This document shows positions 1-14,304 of a stretch of 64,000 nt of DNA, piece after piece. Within the stretch, counting starts at the first letter, position 1; every line of letters begins with the position of its first letter. Where the stretch lies: assembly GCF_009914755.1 (NCBI RefSeq), contig NC_060927.1; one strand, given 5' to 3'. Made by a program: the position numbers and the translations under genes. The stretch comes from the human T2T-CHM13v2.0 reference genome, Homo sapiens. The notes under the pieces are model-generated. The model had not been told where the DNA came from. It did no database searches and saw only the letters and a program-made list of their open reading frames with translations.

Positions 1-1209
1 ATAGATTGTAAATACTTAAGTGGGAGAAAATTTTGCATGCTTTCCCTGCTAGAGACCAGAAAACATAAGTTTCATATCCTTTTACAAATGAAAGAGCATC
101 CTACTTCTGTTTATGTTAACAGCTGGAGCTACCATTAATTTTATTTTGTTGTTCTCATACTCTTTATAGCTTGAGGCAATAATTCACTCAACTTGTGAAA
201 TAGTTACATCACCAATTTTGATGCTCGGTATGTTTTCATGTGTATTTGGTGAATTTCTTTTAAATTATTAAGCATTTTTTTCTGCATTATGTGGGATAGA
301 GGTAGTTTCAGTATTAAATAATCTAAATTCAGTGTAAGTCATAAACATAGCATTAAAACTTTTTTGATCTTTCTTATGGGATTGCTGTATTGTTATTTTT
401 AAAGCTGTCACATAATTAGTAATTCTATAGCAGTTTTCTTATTCTAGAATGACAGAGTTTAGAAGTAGTCCACTGGTAAAATTTTTATATATTTAAAAAT
501 ATAAATCGTAATGATCAGTATTTCAAATTTGCTACATTGTATTTAATTCTGGCTTTACCATAAAGCTATCTAATTTTTTCACATTCTAATGATTTATTAA
601 TATATAGCTGACAAGATCGAAACCTATTCAATGATTATGCGTGTGTTGTATCATTTAACTTAGTATTTAAATGCTCATTGTTCTGAGCTGCAGCACAAGC
701 AATCAATCATATATTGCTTAATTTGGAATAGAATTTGTTGAGGGATGTCACTTTTCTGGCTATCCCCGCCTCTAAAATAGTTACAATTAAGAATTTTATA
801 AAGTTGATCATAAGTTTCACAATTCATGTATTTTCAGTAGCATATTCGTAAAGTTAAATTGGCATCAGTTTGGTAAAATGGCAGCATGCATTAAACTGTA
901 TTTGTGGATAAGTCTTTTTCATAAGACACAGGAAACTATAAGCATTAGGGCAAGTAAAACTTTAAAAATAAAAACATGTAACTCAAATATGTAATTCTGT
1001 AATTCTTGCTTCATTCTTTTATTTCTTCCATTTAACAAAGCAAAACATTTTATCTCAGTCTGCCACATTCTAATCTTTTATTTTACTGACACTGTTTTGT
1101 GGGAGAGTATAAGAAGTTGATTAATATACCTGAGACAGACAGGATAAATCTCTATTGTGGTATCTGATGTAGAAGGGGCAACCGACTTCTGAGAGAGGCC
1201 ATCTAAGGA

Positions 1210-1380
1210 AATGTGTTTTCTGGATCTGAGACATCAAAATTATCTGGGGTTTTATTATAAAGTAAGAAATCTATGCCCATCACTCAAGATTTGATTTAGT
1301 ACAACTGAGTTGCACCTGGATATTAATCTTTGTTTACACACAGGTAATGTTAAGCATGCTAAAGTTTTGAAAAACACTGA
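1210..1380. mobile_element. MER5A-like hAT-Charlie MITE, degraded
   Basis: catcaaaattatctgggg...ttttgaaaaacactg resembles the MER5A/MER5A1 body and end; identified from memory. Confidence 0.5.
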
Positions 1381-1687
1381 TACATTAATTCTTCATTTTT
1401 TTCTCGATTCTTTATCATATTGAATACCTAGAAATCAGCATTAACCTCATTCACAGTTTAATACTACAATATAACCATGAAGTGCATTTCTGTATATTGT
1501 ACAAAACAAACTGTTCAGGACATTGTACATTATATTTCTCAATGATCTTTACATGCCAATTCATATCAAACATTCTTTTAGAACTATAAAAGAAACAAGA
1601 AGATTTCTTGAAATAATGAATCTTTTTAATGTAAGAAGAAACATGCAATCAGCATCTTCATCTCTTTTTGCTTCGACAGTATGGAAC

Positions 1688-2247
1688 TGTGGTAGGCAAC
1701 CTCTAATATCCCTGCTTCTTGGTTACATACCCTTTGGAATACCCCTGCCTTGAGTATCAGTTGGATTACTACTTGCCTCTGACTAATAGAATACAGAATG
1801 ATTGATTGAATGTCACTTCTGAGATTAAGTTTTGAAAAGACTGTGACTTTCATCATGGGTGATCTCTCTCACTTGTTCCAAGGGAAGTCAAGTGTATGTT
1901 GTAAAGTACCCTCTGGATAGGCCTACATGGCAAGGATTTGAAGAAAGCCTCTGGTTAGCAGCTAGTGAGGAACTGAGATGCTGTTTCCAATAGCCTGCAA
2001 AGAACTGAATCTTGCCAACAAGCATGTGAGTGGGCTTAGAAGCAGAATCAAACTCAGTCATGCTTCATATAAGACCACAGCTTCCAACAATTCCCCAACT
2101 GCAACTTCATGAGAAACCTTGATCCAGAAGCTCCCAGCTATACCAACCCCCAATTTCTAACCAACAGAAAATGTGAAATAACTTGTTTGATGTTTTAAGT
2201 TGTAAAGTTTTAGAATAATTTGTTATGTAGCAATAGATAACAATACA
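1688..2247 (+). mobile_element. MaLR solo LTR, MLT1F-like
   Basis: Starts TGTGGTAGGC, contains gtcacttctgagatta, ends tttgttatgtagcaatagataacaataCA; 5-bp TSD ggaac/gaaac (1 mismatch). Confidence 0.85.
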
Positions 2248-4504
2248 GAAACCAAGAGCTTCATTAATCACCTCACCTCAGATTCTCATATCAAAATTTT
2301 TCTTATGTGATCACTAATCTTTCTTCTTATATAATTTTATTTATCACAGGTGAGTTTTATATTAAATTACTTCAAATCCTTTTTAAAAATCAGATGGTTA
2401 TTAATAGTAAAAAATTTCACAGATAACTCATAACTCTTTGTGCCTAGTAAATCAGGCCTCCCCTAGACCATCTTTGTCATTTAATCCAAATTGAAACTGC
2501 AAACTCATTTATATTTGATCTGATAATTAATCAAACTCTTTCTCAGCAGAATTACCTTTCTAGTACTTAGATCAAAATCATTGCATCACAGAATACTAGC
2601 ACTGGAATGTATCTTAAATATTCTGGAGATCAGCCCTTTTGTTTTATGGATGAGTAATCTTAGATCTAAAAAAAGAAGAAGAAAAAAAAGATACAGCAAA
2701 TTACCCAAGATGGAGCTGTTGCTTGAACTGAGATCTGATGACTCTTTTCCAGTGCTCATTTGATTCCTTGATCATAAATTTACTGGGTGGTTGAAGATGC
2801 TAAGAAGTGTTTTGAGAGATGGGTGATATGTAGCCCAGGTCTTGAACATTTTCATGTATAAATTCCAAAATGGGATAGTTCATTTGTACTAATATTTCAA
2901 AACTGCTATCAAATTTCTCATGGCTCTGTATACTATAGAGGAATGTTACAAAAAACATTGAGATTAGAGAAAAACCACGTCCCTAAAAGGTAAACTTATC
3001 TGTGACTATTTCTTACTACTAAATAACATTTTATCGAGTCCCTAGTGTCTTCCTTTTCTATGATGACATCACAAAGTTGTTGTACTACCAATGTTCAAAA
3101 GCAAAACATTGGTGGTGTTCATTAGTAACATAATTCAGATTGTATTGTGGATCTATTGTGTATAGATGGGAGTTTGGCTCATTTCTAAGTGAACAAACAA
3201 AATGAAGATTAAGACAGAGGCACTAAAGTTCCCTGCCTAAAGAGCCAGGTCTTTAATAGTTGACTAGGTGCAAGACTCAGAATTAACTATTTCATGTCAG
3301 TGTTATTATGAATGAAGATTTAACAACATAATGTGTACTTTAGAAAGTATCAGTTGCTTTCCAGCATTAAGTAACATATTTCTTATTTATATCAATTATC
3401 TCTTTTCGAAAGAGAGAAGTTGGTTTTTTTTTTTTTTTTTTTGGCCTGAGATAAAATAATTTCCTTTATCTCCCACTTAATTTTACAAGTGCTGACTAGC
3501 TCTTGCTAGTTTTATGTAATTGCATGGAAAGTTCTGGAATACCTCTCTGGTTGCACTTGGTGGTGAAGTTATTACACAAATAAATGCCAGGAAGTCAGTT
3601 ATTTGCTTTCCTATTACTATGCACTGTTGGAGGCATTACTATCGTCTCTTGTTTAAATAAATTTCACCATGTCTTCACACCCCCAGGCCTAAATTAAATC
3701 AAAGTAGTTTTAGAGCTCAAGGACAGAATAAGTCACTATGGGAAAGTGGGACAAAGGAAATCAAGCACGCCAGATGGAAAGTTCAGACTGGCCAGTATCT
3801 TTAAAATGTCAGTGCTGTATAAAAAGGCTTTATAAGCCATCAGTCAACGATGGCTCTAGAAACAGGCCAGTGGCTACAGAAATTAGGCTTTTTTCACTAA
3901 GCCTTGAAAATTTATTTTCAAAGTGGGTTGAATTTTAGGTCATTTGTGCGGGTATATCTAATGAAGAGAAAAACAAAGTGATGGAGAAGGAATTTCTAAT
4001 AAGATCTTAGTATTCATTAGAAATATAACCTCTTGCTTTCATAATTAATAGGATCTGAAGTTAATTTAATAAAAATTTGACTTATTTACTAAAACAGGCA
4101 AGATTTGAACCTGGCTTTATTAAGTTTTTATTTTAGTTTACATGTTTGTTTCAAACAAGATTAAAAATTAAGAATTAAAAATTGATGTTTGTCTGGATTT
4201 TTACAACCAATTATTAGATCTATGGCAGGTATCCAGCCATTTAAAAATAACAGTGTAAAGCAAAGCCTCTAATTTTAAAGAAGAAAAGGAATCCGAAAGA
4301 GGGATGGCTATAGCAACCTTGATGATAAAGGAAAATTTGTGCAGAAAAGCCTGCAGTAAACAGATTTTCTTAGACTTAAGGCATGTCCTTAGTTTATCAT
4401 ACTCAGAAAAAAAAAAAAAGATCTCCTTAGTTGTGTAGCTATTTCATCTTAACTGAATTCACAGTAGCTAAAATATGCATGTAACAGTATTAGCTAAATT
4501 TATA

Positions 4505-4800
4505 GGCTAGGCACGGTGGCTCACACCTGTAATCCCAGGAGTTTGGGAGACCCAGGCAGGCGGATCACCTCACCTGAGGTCAGGAGTTCAAGACCAGCCT
4601 GGCCAACATGGTGATATACCGTCTCTACTAAAAATACAAAAATTATCCTGGCATGGTGACGGGTGCCTGTAATCCCAGCTACTTGGAAGGCTGAGACAGG
4701 AGAATTGCTTGAATCCCGGGAGACAGAGGTCGCCATGAGCCAAGACAGTGCCATTGCACTCCAGCCTGGGCAACAAGAGCAAAATTCCATCTCAAAAAAC
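4505..4800 (+). mobile_element. AluS (Sq/Sx-like), full length
   Basis: Dimeric Alu with ctactaaaaatacaaaaatta linker; small cacct duplication near 4566; short A tail. Confidence 0.95.
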
Positions 4801-4994
4801 AATTATAGAGCACTCTATACACACCAGACACTTGTGCAAACTCATGATCATATATTTAACTGTTAAAATAGTCCTTTGAGGTAGATACTAGTAATGAGGA
4901 AATCATGATAAACAATCTGTATTAACAAATCCCTGCTTTATATCATTATCCCTACTCCAAGATTTCTAATATTGTTGAAACATTCAAAATATGG

Positions 4995-5238
4995 ATTGTG
5001 TGGTGGGTTAGTGCACAGACTGTGGGGTTACCTACTTGGTTTCAAATACTGGCTCTGTCACGTTCTAGCTATGGCACTTTAGATAATTTGATCTCTTCCT
5101 ACTTTTGAGTTTCTTCATGTATAAAACGAACTCTAAAAGGACTATTCTGAGGATTAAATGAGATAGAAGCTGTAAAACTATCTGTAACAGAACCTAGCAC
5201 ATAGTATGAATGTCATAATTGTCAGCTGTTTTTATTAT
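4995..5238 (+). mobile_element. MIR SINE
   Basis: Core ttcaaatactggctctg...gtttcttcatgtataaaa...gaggattaaatgaga...cctagcacatagt. Confidence 0.75.
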
Positions 5239-6799
5239 TTCGATTTCCTTTAGGATTCCCAGGCAAGAAATGCACAATTGTAACATTTGTAACATTTGGT
5301 TAATATATTTAACTACACAAGTTAAGTATTAGAAGATATTTTTTAAAATATACATTTTCTGCCTTCAAGTGTCATATAATTCAAATAGAGATTATAAAGA
5401 ATCACATATGCAATGTATTGTATTTGCAATGCTTTCTGCAATACTGTAGCACAAATAAAATATAATTTTATCTAAATTGTGTTCATCAGAGATTTTAATC
5501 AGAATGTAGTTGATTTTTTAGAGATTGGTTTTAAGAATAACTTTATTTTAATAGTTTATATACATATATATATATCACATAGAGATCGTCAGAAGGTTAG
5601 AAACAAAAAAGTGTGAAGAGTAAAGTAAACATTACCCATAAATTAACAATCCAGATTTTTCAAAAATTACTAATATTTTGGCATGCTAACTTAAAGTCTT
5701 TGTGTGTGTGTATAACTATATATTTTAAAATAACTGCATCACTTTTTACATAGAAATTTGTTATCCTTTTTTCCACTCAACATTATTTAATAAAAAATTT
5801 TCCAGTTTATTAAATGTGGGTCTGATGAGTTAGCTAAGGAAAAGAGAATAGTACTCCTTGACTTTGGGGGTGGGAACTGAGGAATAAGCAGTAAACATAA
5901 GAAAATAGTGAGTTTTATTTAGTGAATGGTGAGGTAATTTATTTGGTTTTAAAATAGCAGGAAAGGTAGGAGTTAATTTTACATATGCAGGTAGGAGTTA
6001 ATATCCAGTCCTGCAGTCCAGGCAGGATGACGCTCTGTGGAATAGTGGGACGAGCAGTGGGGAGTGAGGGGCCTCAGTACACACCATATTAGTCATATTC
6101 AACACTTCAACAATATCAAGTTTGTTAATTAATGGCCACTTCACCTGTGACATGTGACTTGACCCTCCTCTTCCCTTGTTTCTTCATCTTTAAAATGTGA
6201 CATCTGAAATATGGGCCCCAAATTAATAATGTACCATTTTAGGCCAAAGCTATCCCATGACTATTGCCTAGAACGGGAGAGGTGAACAGAAGAGGTAGGG
6301 GCTGTGAATGCTTTCGCAAAACTGACAAGCAGGGCGAAAGGGAAACTCTGGAATATGAGCTTCCAGGCTGCACTTGCATCTTGTTTATCTCACGGTTCTC
6401 AGGGGCCACCACCTTACCTGGCACACCGAATGTGCCTGAGGAATGCTTGATGCACTAAACCACAAATCAGTGCAATGGAATTGCCATCCCCCAAAAGTCC
6501 TTTTTTAAGATAAGAACGTATTTTCTGAAGTGGATTCTGATAGCTATTAGTTTTGGTGGTCTGGAGTATGCTTTTACTCTTTCTCCCTGATACTGGCAAT
6601 AGAACACATAGGTCCACAGGTTTGGATATGAGACTAGGTTCTTGCTAATTGTATAGTCCGCTTCATTTTGACATAGTGACTGATTCATAAGGGTAGGACA
6701 GTCAATCAAATATATTTGTAGAATTAAATGTGGAAGAAAAAATATTTGTGCATTTGGTTAAAATATCAAGGACTGGATTTACCCTCTTTCCAGAAACAA

Positions 6800-7106
6800 G
6801 TAAAAACTGTATACAGCATTTGAAGCAATGGCACTCGACATTGGCATGAGGCAGTGGATGGAAGTGATTGCTAGAAGATGGATAATGAAAGAGGTGACTG
6901 GTAAGAGTGCCCCAGTGCACTGCCTGCTACAAATTGCAAGCTGGGTTTAGGGAGGGGCAATATAGGCAGAGCAAGACTTCTCCCAGCATTGAGAAGGAGC
7001 TGGGAGTTTGGGAAAGCCCAAAGGTCACAAGAGTTTACATTCATTTTTATTGCTAAGCTACTTCAATTTGGGTTTCAGTCATTTTTAATGAAAGGAGCCC
7101 TAGTAC
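6800..7106 (+). mobile_element. Old MaLR LTR fragment (MLT1J/K/L-like)
   Basis: 3' end gctaagctacttcaatttgggtttcagtca...gccctagtaca resembles the MLT1J-L terminus; 5' boundary uncertain. Confidence 0.4.
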
Positions 7107-8362
7107 ACCTTATATTCCTGTCTGTTTCCCTTGTTCCTGAGTTCCTTTTTTAAACTGGTAATATCTCAGACATTGCTGAAGTCACATGCCAACATCTGAC
7201 AAGTGCCCTTTACGATGTAGCCTCAAGTATGTAAGCGGCAAGAACCACAGCCTTTAGAGCGATTTTGGAATTAAGTTGTTAAAATGTGTTTTTAACTTAG
7301 TACTTACTGAAATATCCATTCTCCCGCAGACAGACTTATAGCTGTCTTCCACTAGGGCTGGAAATTGACCTTTTAACCACTGACAGTTGACAGGATGTTT
7401 ATTTTCCCATTATAACAGTTGCCAATTGTCCACCAATTTCTCTTCTCACAGAAATAAAGAAGGTCGGCTGTGATGAACTATACTCTCTGTAGCCTCTCTC
7501 TGACAATTTCTTTATACCTATATTTGATATTGGTAGTTCTCTCATTTTCCATAAAAGAAAAAAAGAAATGAAGACAATCAGTGCAGAATGCTGTCATTGG
7601 GGGTGGGGCAGCAACAAGATATAGGTGTTTGCATGCTGTTCTCAACCTGACTACTAAAGTCATCACCTAAGGAAGATGGAATGTCAACATGGATCCATGT
7701 TTTAAATTTTTTTTTTTCTTTGAAAAAGCTCTGCAACTTCAGCATAAAGTGTAACCTTGCAGTTGCTGAGGTAACTGTTTTTCTCCCCCTCCTTAGGAAT
7801 AGCAGAACAAATTAGGGGAAGAAAACGTTTGTAAATCGTCAGTACATGGACACCCTAAGGCTGCAATAGCTAAATGTTTCATTGGAATCCTAGGTAACCA
7901 AAATGTGGTCAGCTAAAAGGTGTTTCTGTTTTCAATCTGATTTGTTTCTTGAGCAATTTAACGTACATGGATAAAGTCATATTTACCCCTCCTTTTCTAG
8001 CTTTCGCAGCCTTTTTCCCCTGATTAATTTATGCAACTTAATGGCTTTCAATGTTCCTAAGAATGAAGCACAGGATGGAAAATTTCTAGATAGAATAAAA
8101 TAAGACAAGGTTAATTGTTGGCAATGGTCTGTTTCATGATCAGCACAAATTTAGAATTATATATTGATATTTTCCTGTTGCTATAATTCCCTGGGGCTTC
8201 CCTGTATTGTGGCATCATTAATCTCTCATCATTTTGCTGGCAGGATTATTTATGAAAATATTTGGAATTAGATACTAATGATTTGAACATGATAAACTAG
8301 TCATTATGTTTGCTTTCAAAGTGCCCTAATGTATTTCTACATTAAAAGACATTGATAATATC

Positions 8363-8531
8363 TATATTTCATGGTTTCTAAAATACACATATTTCCACAT
8401 TTTAATATCCCTGAAATAAAGATGAATCTTCCAAGTGACAGTACCTCAAAATTGCCTTTGGGCATATTTTCACATTTTAAAGTGTCCTGCAATACATATT
8501 ACAATTAATGACAGACTGGATAAAATATAGT
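8363..8531. mobile_element. MER104/Kanga-like TcMar-Tc2 MITE
   Basis: tatttcatggtttctaaaatacacatatttccacattttaatatccctgaaat resembles the remembered MER104 start; inverted-terminus remnant near 8520. Confidence 0.55.
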
Positions 8532-8929
8532 ATTATGACTTATTGGTATGAAAAAAGTTTTGGTAGAACTTTCCCTATAAATTATTTTCGACTTGTCTTA
8601 CCAACTAGTAAGACAAGTTTGAAGGGTTTACATAATTGCTAAACCCTTCTTTAATGAAAACATGTCTCAGCTGTCATGGCAGTGTTGTCACCTGCAAGTA
8701 TTCTAGTGGCTTATTTAGGTGTCACAGGTTCATCCCTCACTATTTTCCTTTGCAAACAGGGCTTCAAGACAGATGGTTCACTCTGACTACACTGTGAAGG
8801 AAAAACCGTGTTTACTGTTAATTTGTCTTTTGTTGCTGCTGCCTCAGTCTTGTGCCTGAGTGTCTGATTAATGAGTAACATGCATTCACAAGATACCTGG
8901 ACTACTATAGAGGCTCTAGGTTGTGGCAG

Positions 8930-9130
8930 TGGGCTTTGGGGGCAGTTGCCTCCACCTCAGGCTACTCATTAGTGGTGTCACCAGGCAAATCAGTTTACAG
9001 CTCTCAAACTTGCAATCTCCTCTGGAAAAAAAGGGATAAATAATTATTTTACCGATTTGGTTATTGCTGGCAAATTAAACCAAATGAAGTACTATATTGC
9101 GCTGTAATGGGCACTCAATAAATATTTTAT
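8930..9130 (+). mobile_element. MIR fragment
   Basis: Degenerate MIR core ending ggcactcaataaatattt. Confidence 0.45.
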
Positions 9131-9440
9131 CCTTTCTGTTCTTTCTCTATATCTGCTGATCAAGTTAATTTTTTGGTACCAAATTAATGAAAAATCATTT
9201 TGTGTATTGAAAATTTTAAATTATCATTACTATTCTTAATATGTCCCAATACAATAAAAATATAATTAGAAAATGTTAGTCTTATCTAATGGGGTGGTTT
9301 GAAGAACTGAAGGAGTTGATTTATGAGTCCCAGCCTAAGAAAAACAAAATTCTAGAATTAGTTTTAAATATAATTTTATAATCTCTATAAGCAGGAGATT
9401 ATGTATTTCATTTCCAAGGTACACCTTTTTGGTTTTATAT

Positions 9441-9782
<342 letters not shown>

Positions 9783-9814
9783 TAAAAATCACATTAGATA
9801 ATGAATATTTAGTA

Positions 9815-10030
9815 TCATATGGGGTACAGAGGGTATGGACTTGGGAAGTCGATAGATCTGAATCTGTAAGTTTGAATTTCTCTAGTTTTAGACTTTGAGT
9901 AAATTACTTATTTGAGCCCCATTTTCCTATAAGTAAAGTTAGACTAATGCTATTGTCATGGTAAGAATAAAAGGCAATAATGGATATCAAATATCAGACA
10001 TAATCTATCAGTTAGAACAGGTAGTAAATA
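9815..10030 (+). mobile_element. MIR fragment
   Basis: ggacttgggaagtc...actttgagtaaattactta...ccccattttcctat pattern. Confidence 0.5.
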
Positions 10031-11185
10031 AATGTACATTTTCTCAATAATCACAGACATTTATTTAGAAAGGAAAATTTTCAAATATAGGTATAATTCA
10101 TTATAATAAACCTCAAAAGACATTTTAATGCAATTTTATTAAAGATTAATTTATTGGAAGATCAATATCTGCAGTCAGAAAGGAGTTTGGAGACAAAACA
10201 AATTTGATGACCAGAGTCTTTGTAGCTGAGTGTCAGGGGTTTCAAACTCAATAAGGGAGGAAAGGTAAAATATCAGGTACATCTAATACAATCTTAGAAT
10301 TATCTTTTCATTTTTGGATGCTTTAGTGTACAAGTTTTGATGAAAAGGCTGGGATTTCACAGATTTTTATTTTACTTGATAGACTTAAATTTAAAAAGTT
10401 ATACTACAGTTTAATTCTACAAAGTCTCTATTCTGGACAGGTTCTAAGAGTTCTAGAAAATAATACAATGTTGGAAAACTAGTATCTAATTGCCCACTAA
10501 TTATTACAACAGAAAGATTTTTAAACACAAATGGTTTAATTGTAAAGCTTAGAAAACATTTTTCATGGTCAATTGGATAGATTATTTCATATGAGTGTGG
10601 GTGGGGAGGTGCATTTTGAGGGATGGCAGCAGAGGAGGTGTCATATTGTCTTCTGTGTTATCTCAGTGATAAAGCTCATTTTGACAGTGTTTGAGATTAC
10701 CCATGTTAAATCATCATGGCTTAGTGGTTAAGATCTAGGCTTTGTAATTAGACATACTGAAGTTGCTGTCTCCTCCCTGTCAATGAACAGAGTTTGACAA
10801 TGGAACATTAGATATCTTTCTAGACCCAGCTTTCCCAACTTTATGGTAAGGACAACTTCATAGAACTATTATCAGTGGTAGAGACAGGTTTTGAGCCCAT
10901 GTTCTCTGGTTCTAAGACTCATTCTATTGATGGATATGTTAGAGGTTCAAGGTGTATTTTGTTTAAAAATGTTATATTCAGATTTATTTATTATATTTAT
11001 TAGAGAAATTGAGAGGAAAACAAAATAAGTCAGTTATTTACATTTAAAAATTGAATTTTATCATATGATACTTTAATAATTTTAGGAAAAAAAGCATAAG
11101 CTAATTTTCACCCAATCAATCTTACAGCCTTGTGGTTAAATTGTATATTAAATACTATTCATTATATTTCATTTGAAAAAGTGCA

Positions 11186-12290
11186 GGAAAACTCTTCTGG
11201 ACATTGGCTTAGGTAAATAATTCATGGCTAAGACTACAAAAGTAAATGCAACAAAAACAAAATTAGATAAATGGGACCTAACCAAACTAAAAAGCTTCTG
11301 CACAGCAAAAGAAATAATCAGCAGAGTAAACAGGCAACCCACGTGTTGGAAGGAAATATTCACAAACTATGCATCTGATAAAAGACTAGTGTCCAGAATC
11401 TACAAGGGACTGAAACAAATCAGCAAGAAAGTAATCCCATGAAAAATATGGGCAAAGGACATGAATATACCTTTCTTAAAAGAAGATATACAAACAGCCA
11501 ACAAACATAAAAAAATGCTCAACATCGCTAATCATGGAAATACAAATTAAAACCATGATGAGATACCACCTTACTCCTGCAAGAACGGCCATAATTAAAA
11601 AGTCAAAAACAACAGATGTTGGTGTGGATGTGGTGAAAAGGGAACACATTAATACTGTGGTGGGAATGTAAATTAGTACAACCACTGTGGAAAACAGTAT
11701 GGAAATTCCTTAATAGGAACTAAAAGTAGAACTACCATTCAGTCCAGCAATCTCACTCCTGGGTATCTACCCAAAGGAAAATAAGTCACTATATGAAAAA
11801 GACACATGCACACACATGTTTATAGCAGCACAATTCACAATTGCAAAGATAGGGAACCAATCTAAATGCTCATTGACCAATGAGTGGATATGGAAAATGT
11901 AGCATATATACACCATGGAATACTATCAAACATCAAAAGAAATGAAATAATGTCTTTTTCAGCAACTTGGATGGAGCTAGAGGCCATTATTCTAAGTGAA
12001 GTAACCCAGGAATGGAAAACCAATTATATGTCCTCACATATAAGTGGGAGCTAAGCTATGAGGACACAGAGGCATAAGAGTGATATAATGGACTTTGGGG
12101 ACTTGATGAGGAGATTGGGAAAAGGGTGGGGGATAAAAGACTACACACTGTGTATAGTGTATACTGCTCAAGTGATGGGTGTACTAAAATCTCTGAAATC
12201 ACCACTAAAAAACTTATCCATGTAACCAGAAACTACTTGTACCCCAAAAACTATTGAAATAAAAAATTAAATTACTTAAAAAAGAGATTT
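11186..12290 (+). mobile_element. L1PB-like 5'-truncated LINE-1 (ORF2 C-terminus and 3'UTR)
   Basis: ORF 11224-11442 ([18 protein letters not shown]) is L1 ORF2; 3'UTR ends cttatccatgtaaccag...ctattgaaataaaa; candidate TSD aaagtgca at 11178-11185 and 12291-12298. Confidence 0.9.
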
Positions 12291-13794
12291 AAAGTGCAAA
12301 ATATTTTCAGAGTGATTAATATATAGCATCTAGTGTCATTATCTCTACTAGATTTCATACATTATGTTTTTAGCACTATTTCTGCCTGTTCATCATCCTT
12401 GGTACACCTGGTGGTAAAGCGTTTCAGACTGTAATTCTCATTGGAAACTTTATTTGTTAGATGCTGAGAGCTCTTTTAAAATTAAGAATTTGATTTAACT
12501 TTGTTTCAGCAATTCCGATTTTAAAGTGTAAATTAATAACAGTCTATAGTAGGAGCAAAGAAGATTTGTAAACACAAATGGTTTAACTGAATTTTCCCAT
12601 AGTCAATTGAAAAAAAAGTTACTACAATGATCCTTCATTTCCAATTCTTAACTGATCATGAATTTGTTCAAGAACCTGTTGATGAAACAATTCAAAGACA
12701 GCACATTTGCATTGTGATTACTGTGCTTAAAATGCATTATACATTTTATGGCAAAAATGTACATTCAGAATGCTTGGTCACGACTTTAATTGAATGACAT
12801 TGAACAAAGACCTGAAACTGAGTATAAATGTAGTGTAACTTTAGCTTTTATTTTGTTTATGATATTCCTTAATTGTAGTAACATGTGGTCCAGAAAATAT
12901 CCTCTGGATTTCATTTCAGAATCTGCTGAATACTATTATTTACTTGAATACCTGTAGCACAAAAGAACCTTGGTTAGAGACACACTATTATCTTGCCCAT
13001 TTCAAGTTGTTTATTAATTACCTGGAAAGTCTTTTCTAGGTCAAATGAGATGAATTATTTGAAACCTTTATGGTTTAGTTAAAATTGAATTTTAGTCTCA
13101 CTTTCATTTGTTTTAGATCTATTTGTTATTTTTTTTTTGTCTTTTTTGAGCCACCAATTTTAGGGAATTAAAAAGAGAGAAAATCATTAACTTCAACCTG
13201 GCCCCACAGATATTTGTGCATGTCAGACTGTTGAAATAAAGATCATTTTCATCACAATTTTCTAATTTTCGTCATAATTTTCTAAGCTTGACTGATAATT
13301 TACTTTGTATGTTTTAAAACTGAAAATAGTGTTAAAGATTTTCAAGAATGTTTGTAGAAGTGTATTATAGTATACGATTCATATTAAATATTTATGATGA
13401 AAATAAAATGTTCTTTTTAAAAATATAAGACATGTTTAGAAACATCCACTGCAATACTTAATAATTTTTACTATGTAGCATATTTGATTCCATATTAGAA
13501 AAGTAGTATATGATGAGGATGCTTTTGGGCTGATTATGAAAACATATCAGTACTTATTCAGAATATTCACTTGTAATTGCATCTAATAATTTTATAAGTT
13601 GAGTTTAGGGAGGTTATTTAGTATGCCTACAGAAACAAAATAACACACTAGATTTTGGAAAACAGTAGTGCATACTATAAAAAAATATATTTTGGAGTCA
13701 GTGTATCAGTGGGATATTAGCCCCTCTGCTTACTCTTGGTGCAAACTTGAAGACTCTAACTTTTTCTGTAAAAAATGGAAAAAAACCGAATCCC

Positions 13795-14276
13795 TGTATT
13801 AGCTATTGTATGAGAAACCACCTCAAAACTCACTGACTTAAAATGGTAAGGATTTATTACTGCTCACTAGCCTGCAGCTCAGCTAAGCTCACTTGTGCAT
13901 CTGTACTCAGTTTTGTGGATCATCTAGGTGATTGCGCTGATCAAGGATCTGGCGGTTGATTGGCTGAGGTTTACTTTAAGATGGCCTCAGCTGGGACAAT
14001 TGAGCTCTCTTCCACTGAACAGGTTACCTCAGGGTTGCTCCCATGGCCAAGAAGGGGGGCCCATAAGAGTGAAAAGAAGCACAAAAGTCGTTTCAGAACT
14101 AGCACACTAATGATTCTGTTTGTGTCCTTTTGGTCACAGAAGTCACAAAACCAGTCCAGATGCAGGGAGTATGAAATAAACTCTACCACTTGATGAGAGT
14201 AACCATGAGTTGCATTGCAAAGTGTTTGGATCAAAGAAAGAATAAAGAATTATGGCCACTTTTATAATACACCACA
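13795..14276 (-). mobile_element. Old MaLR LTR (MLT1I/J-like)
   Basis: tgtattagctattg...caaaactcactgacttaaaa...ggcctcagctggga...caccaca is a reverse MLT1 layout. Confidence 0.65.
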
Positions 14277-14304
14277 GACCCTATCTGGCAATTTAATATT
14301 GATG

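Noticed and set aside
3084-3116. Hairpin accaatgtt...aacattggt
   Set aside because: A 9-bp perfect stem is expected by chance in 64 kb of AT-rich DNA and is too short for a pre-miRNA.
4521-4866. ORFs overlapping Alus (also at 9522, 16974, 23602, 25994, 28198, 41110, 43603)
   Set aside because: Typical Alu-derived peptides with no coding support.
5965-6002. 14-bp direct repeat aggtaggagttaat around an 11-nt spacer
   Set aside because: Small slippage-type duplication with no further structure.
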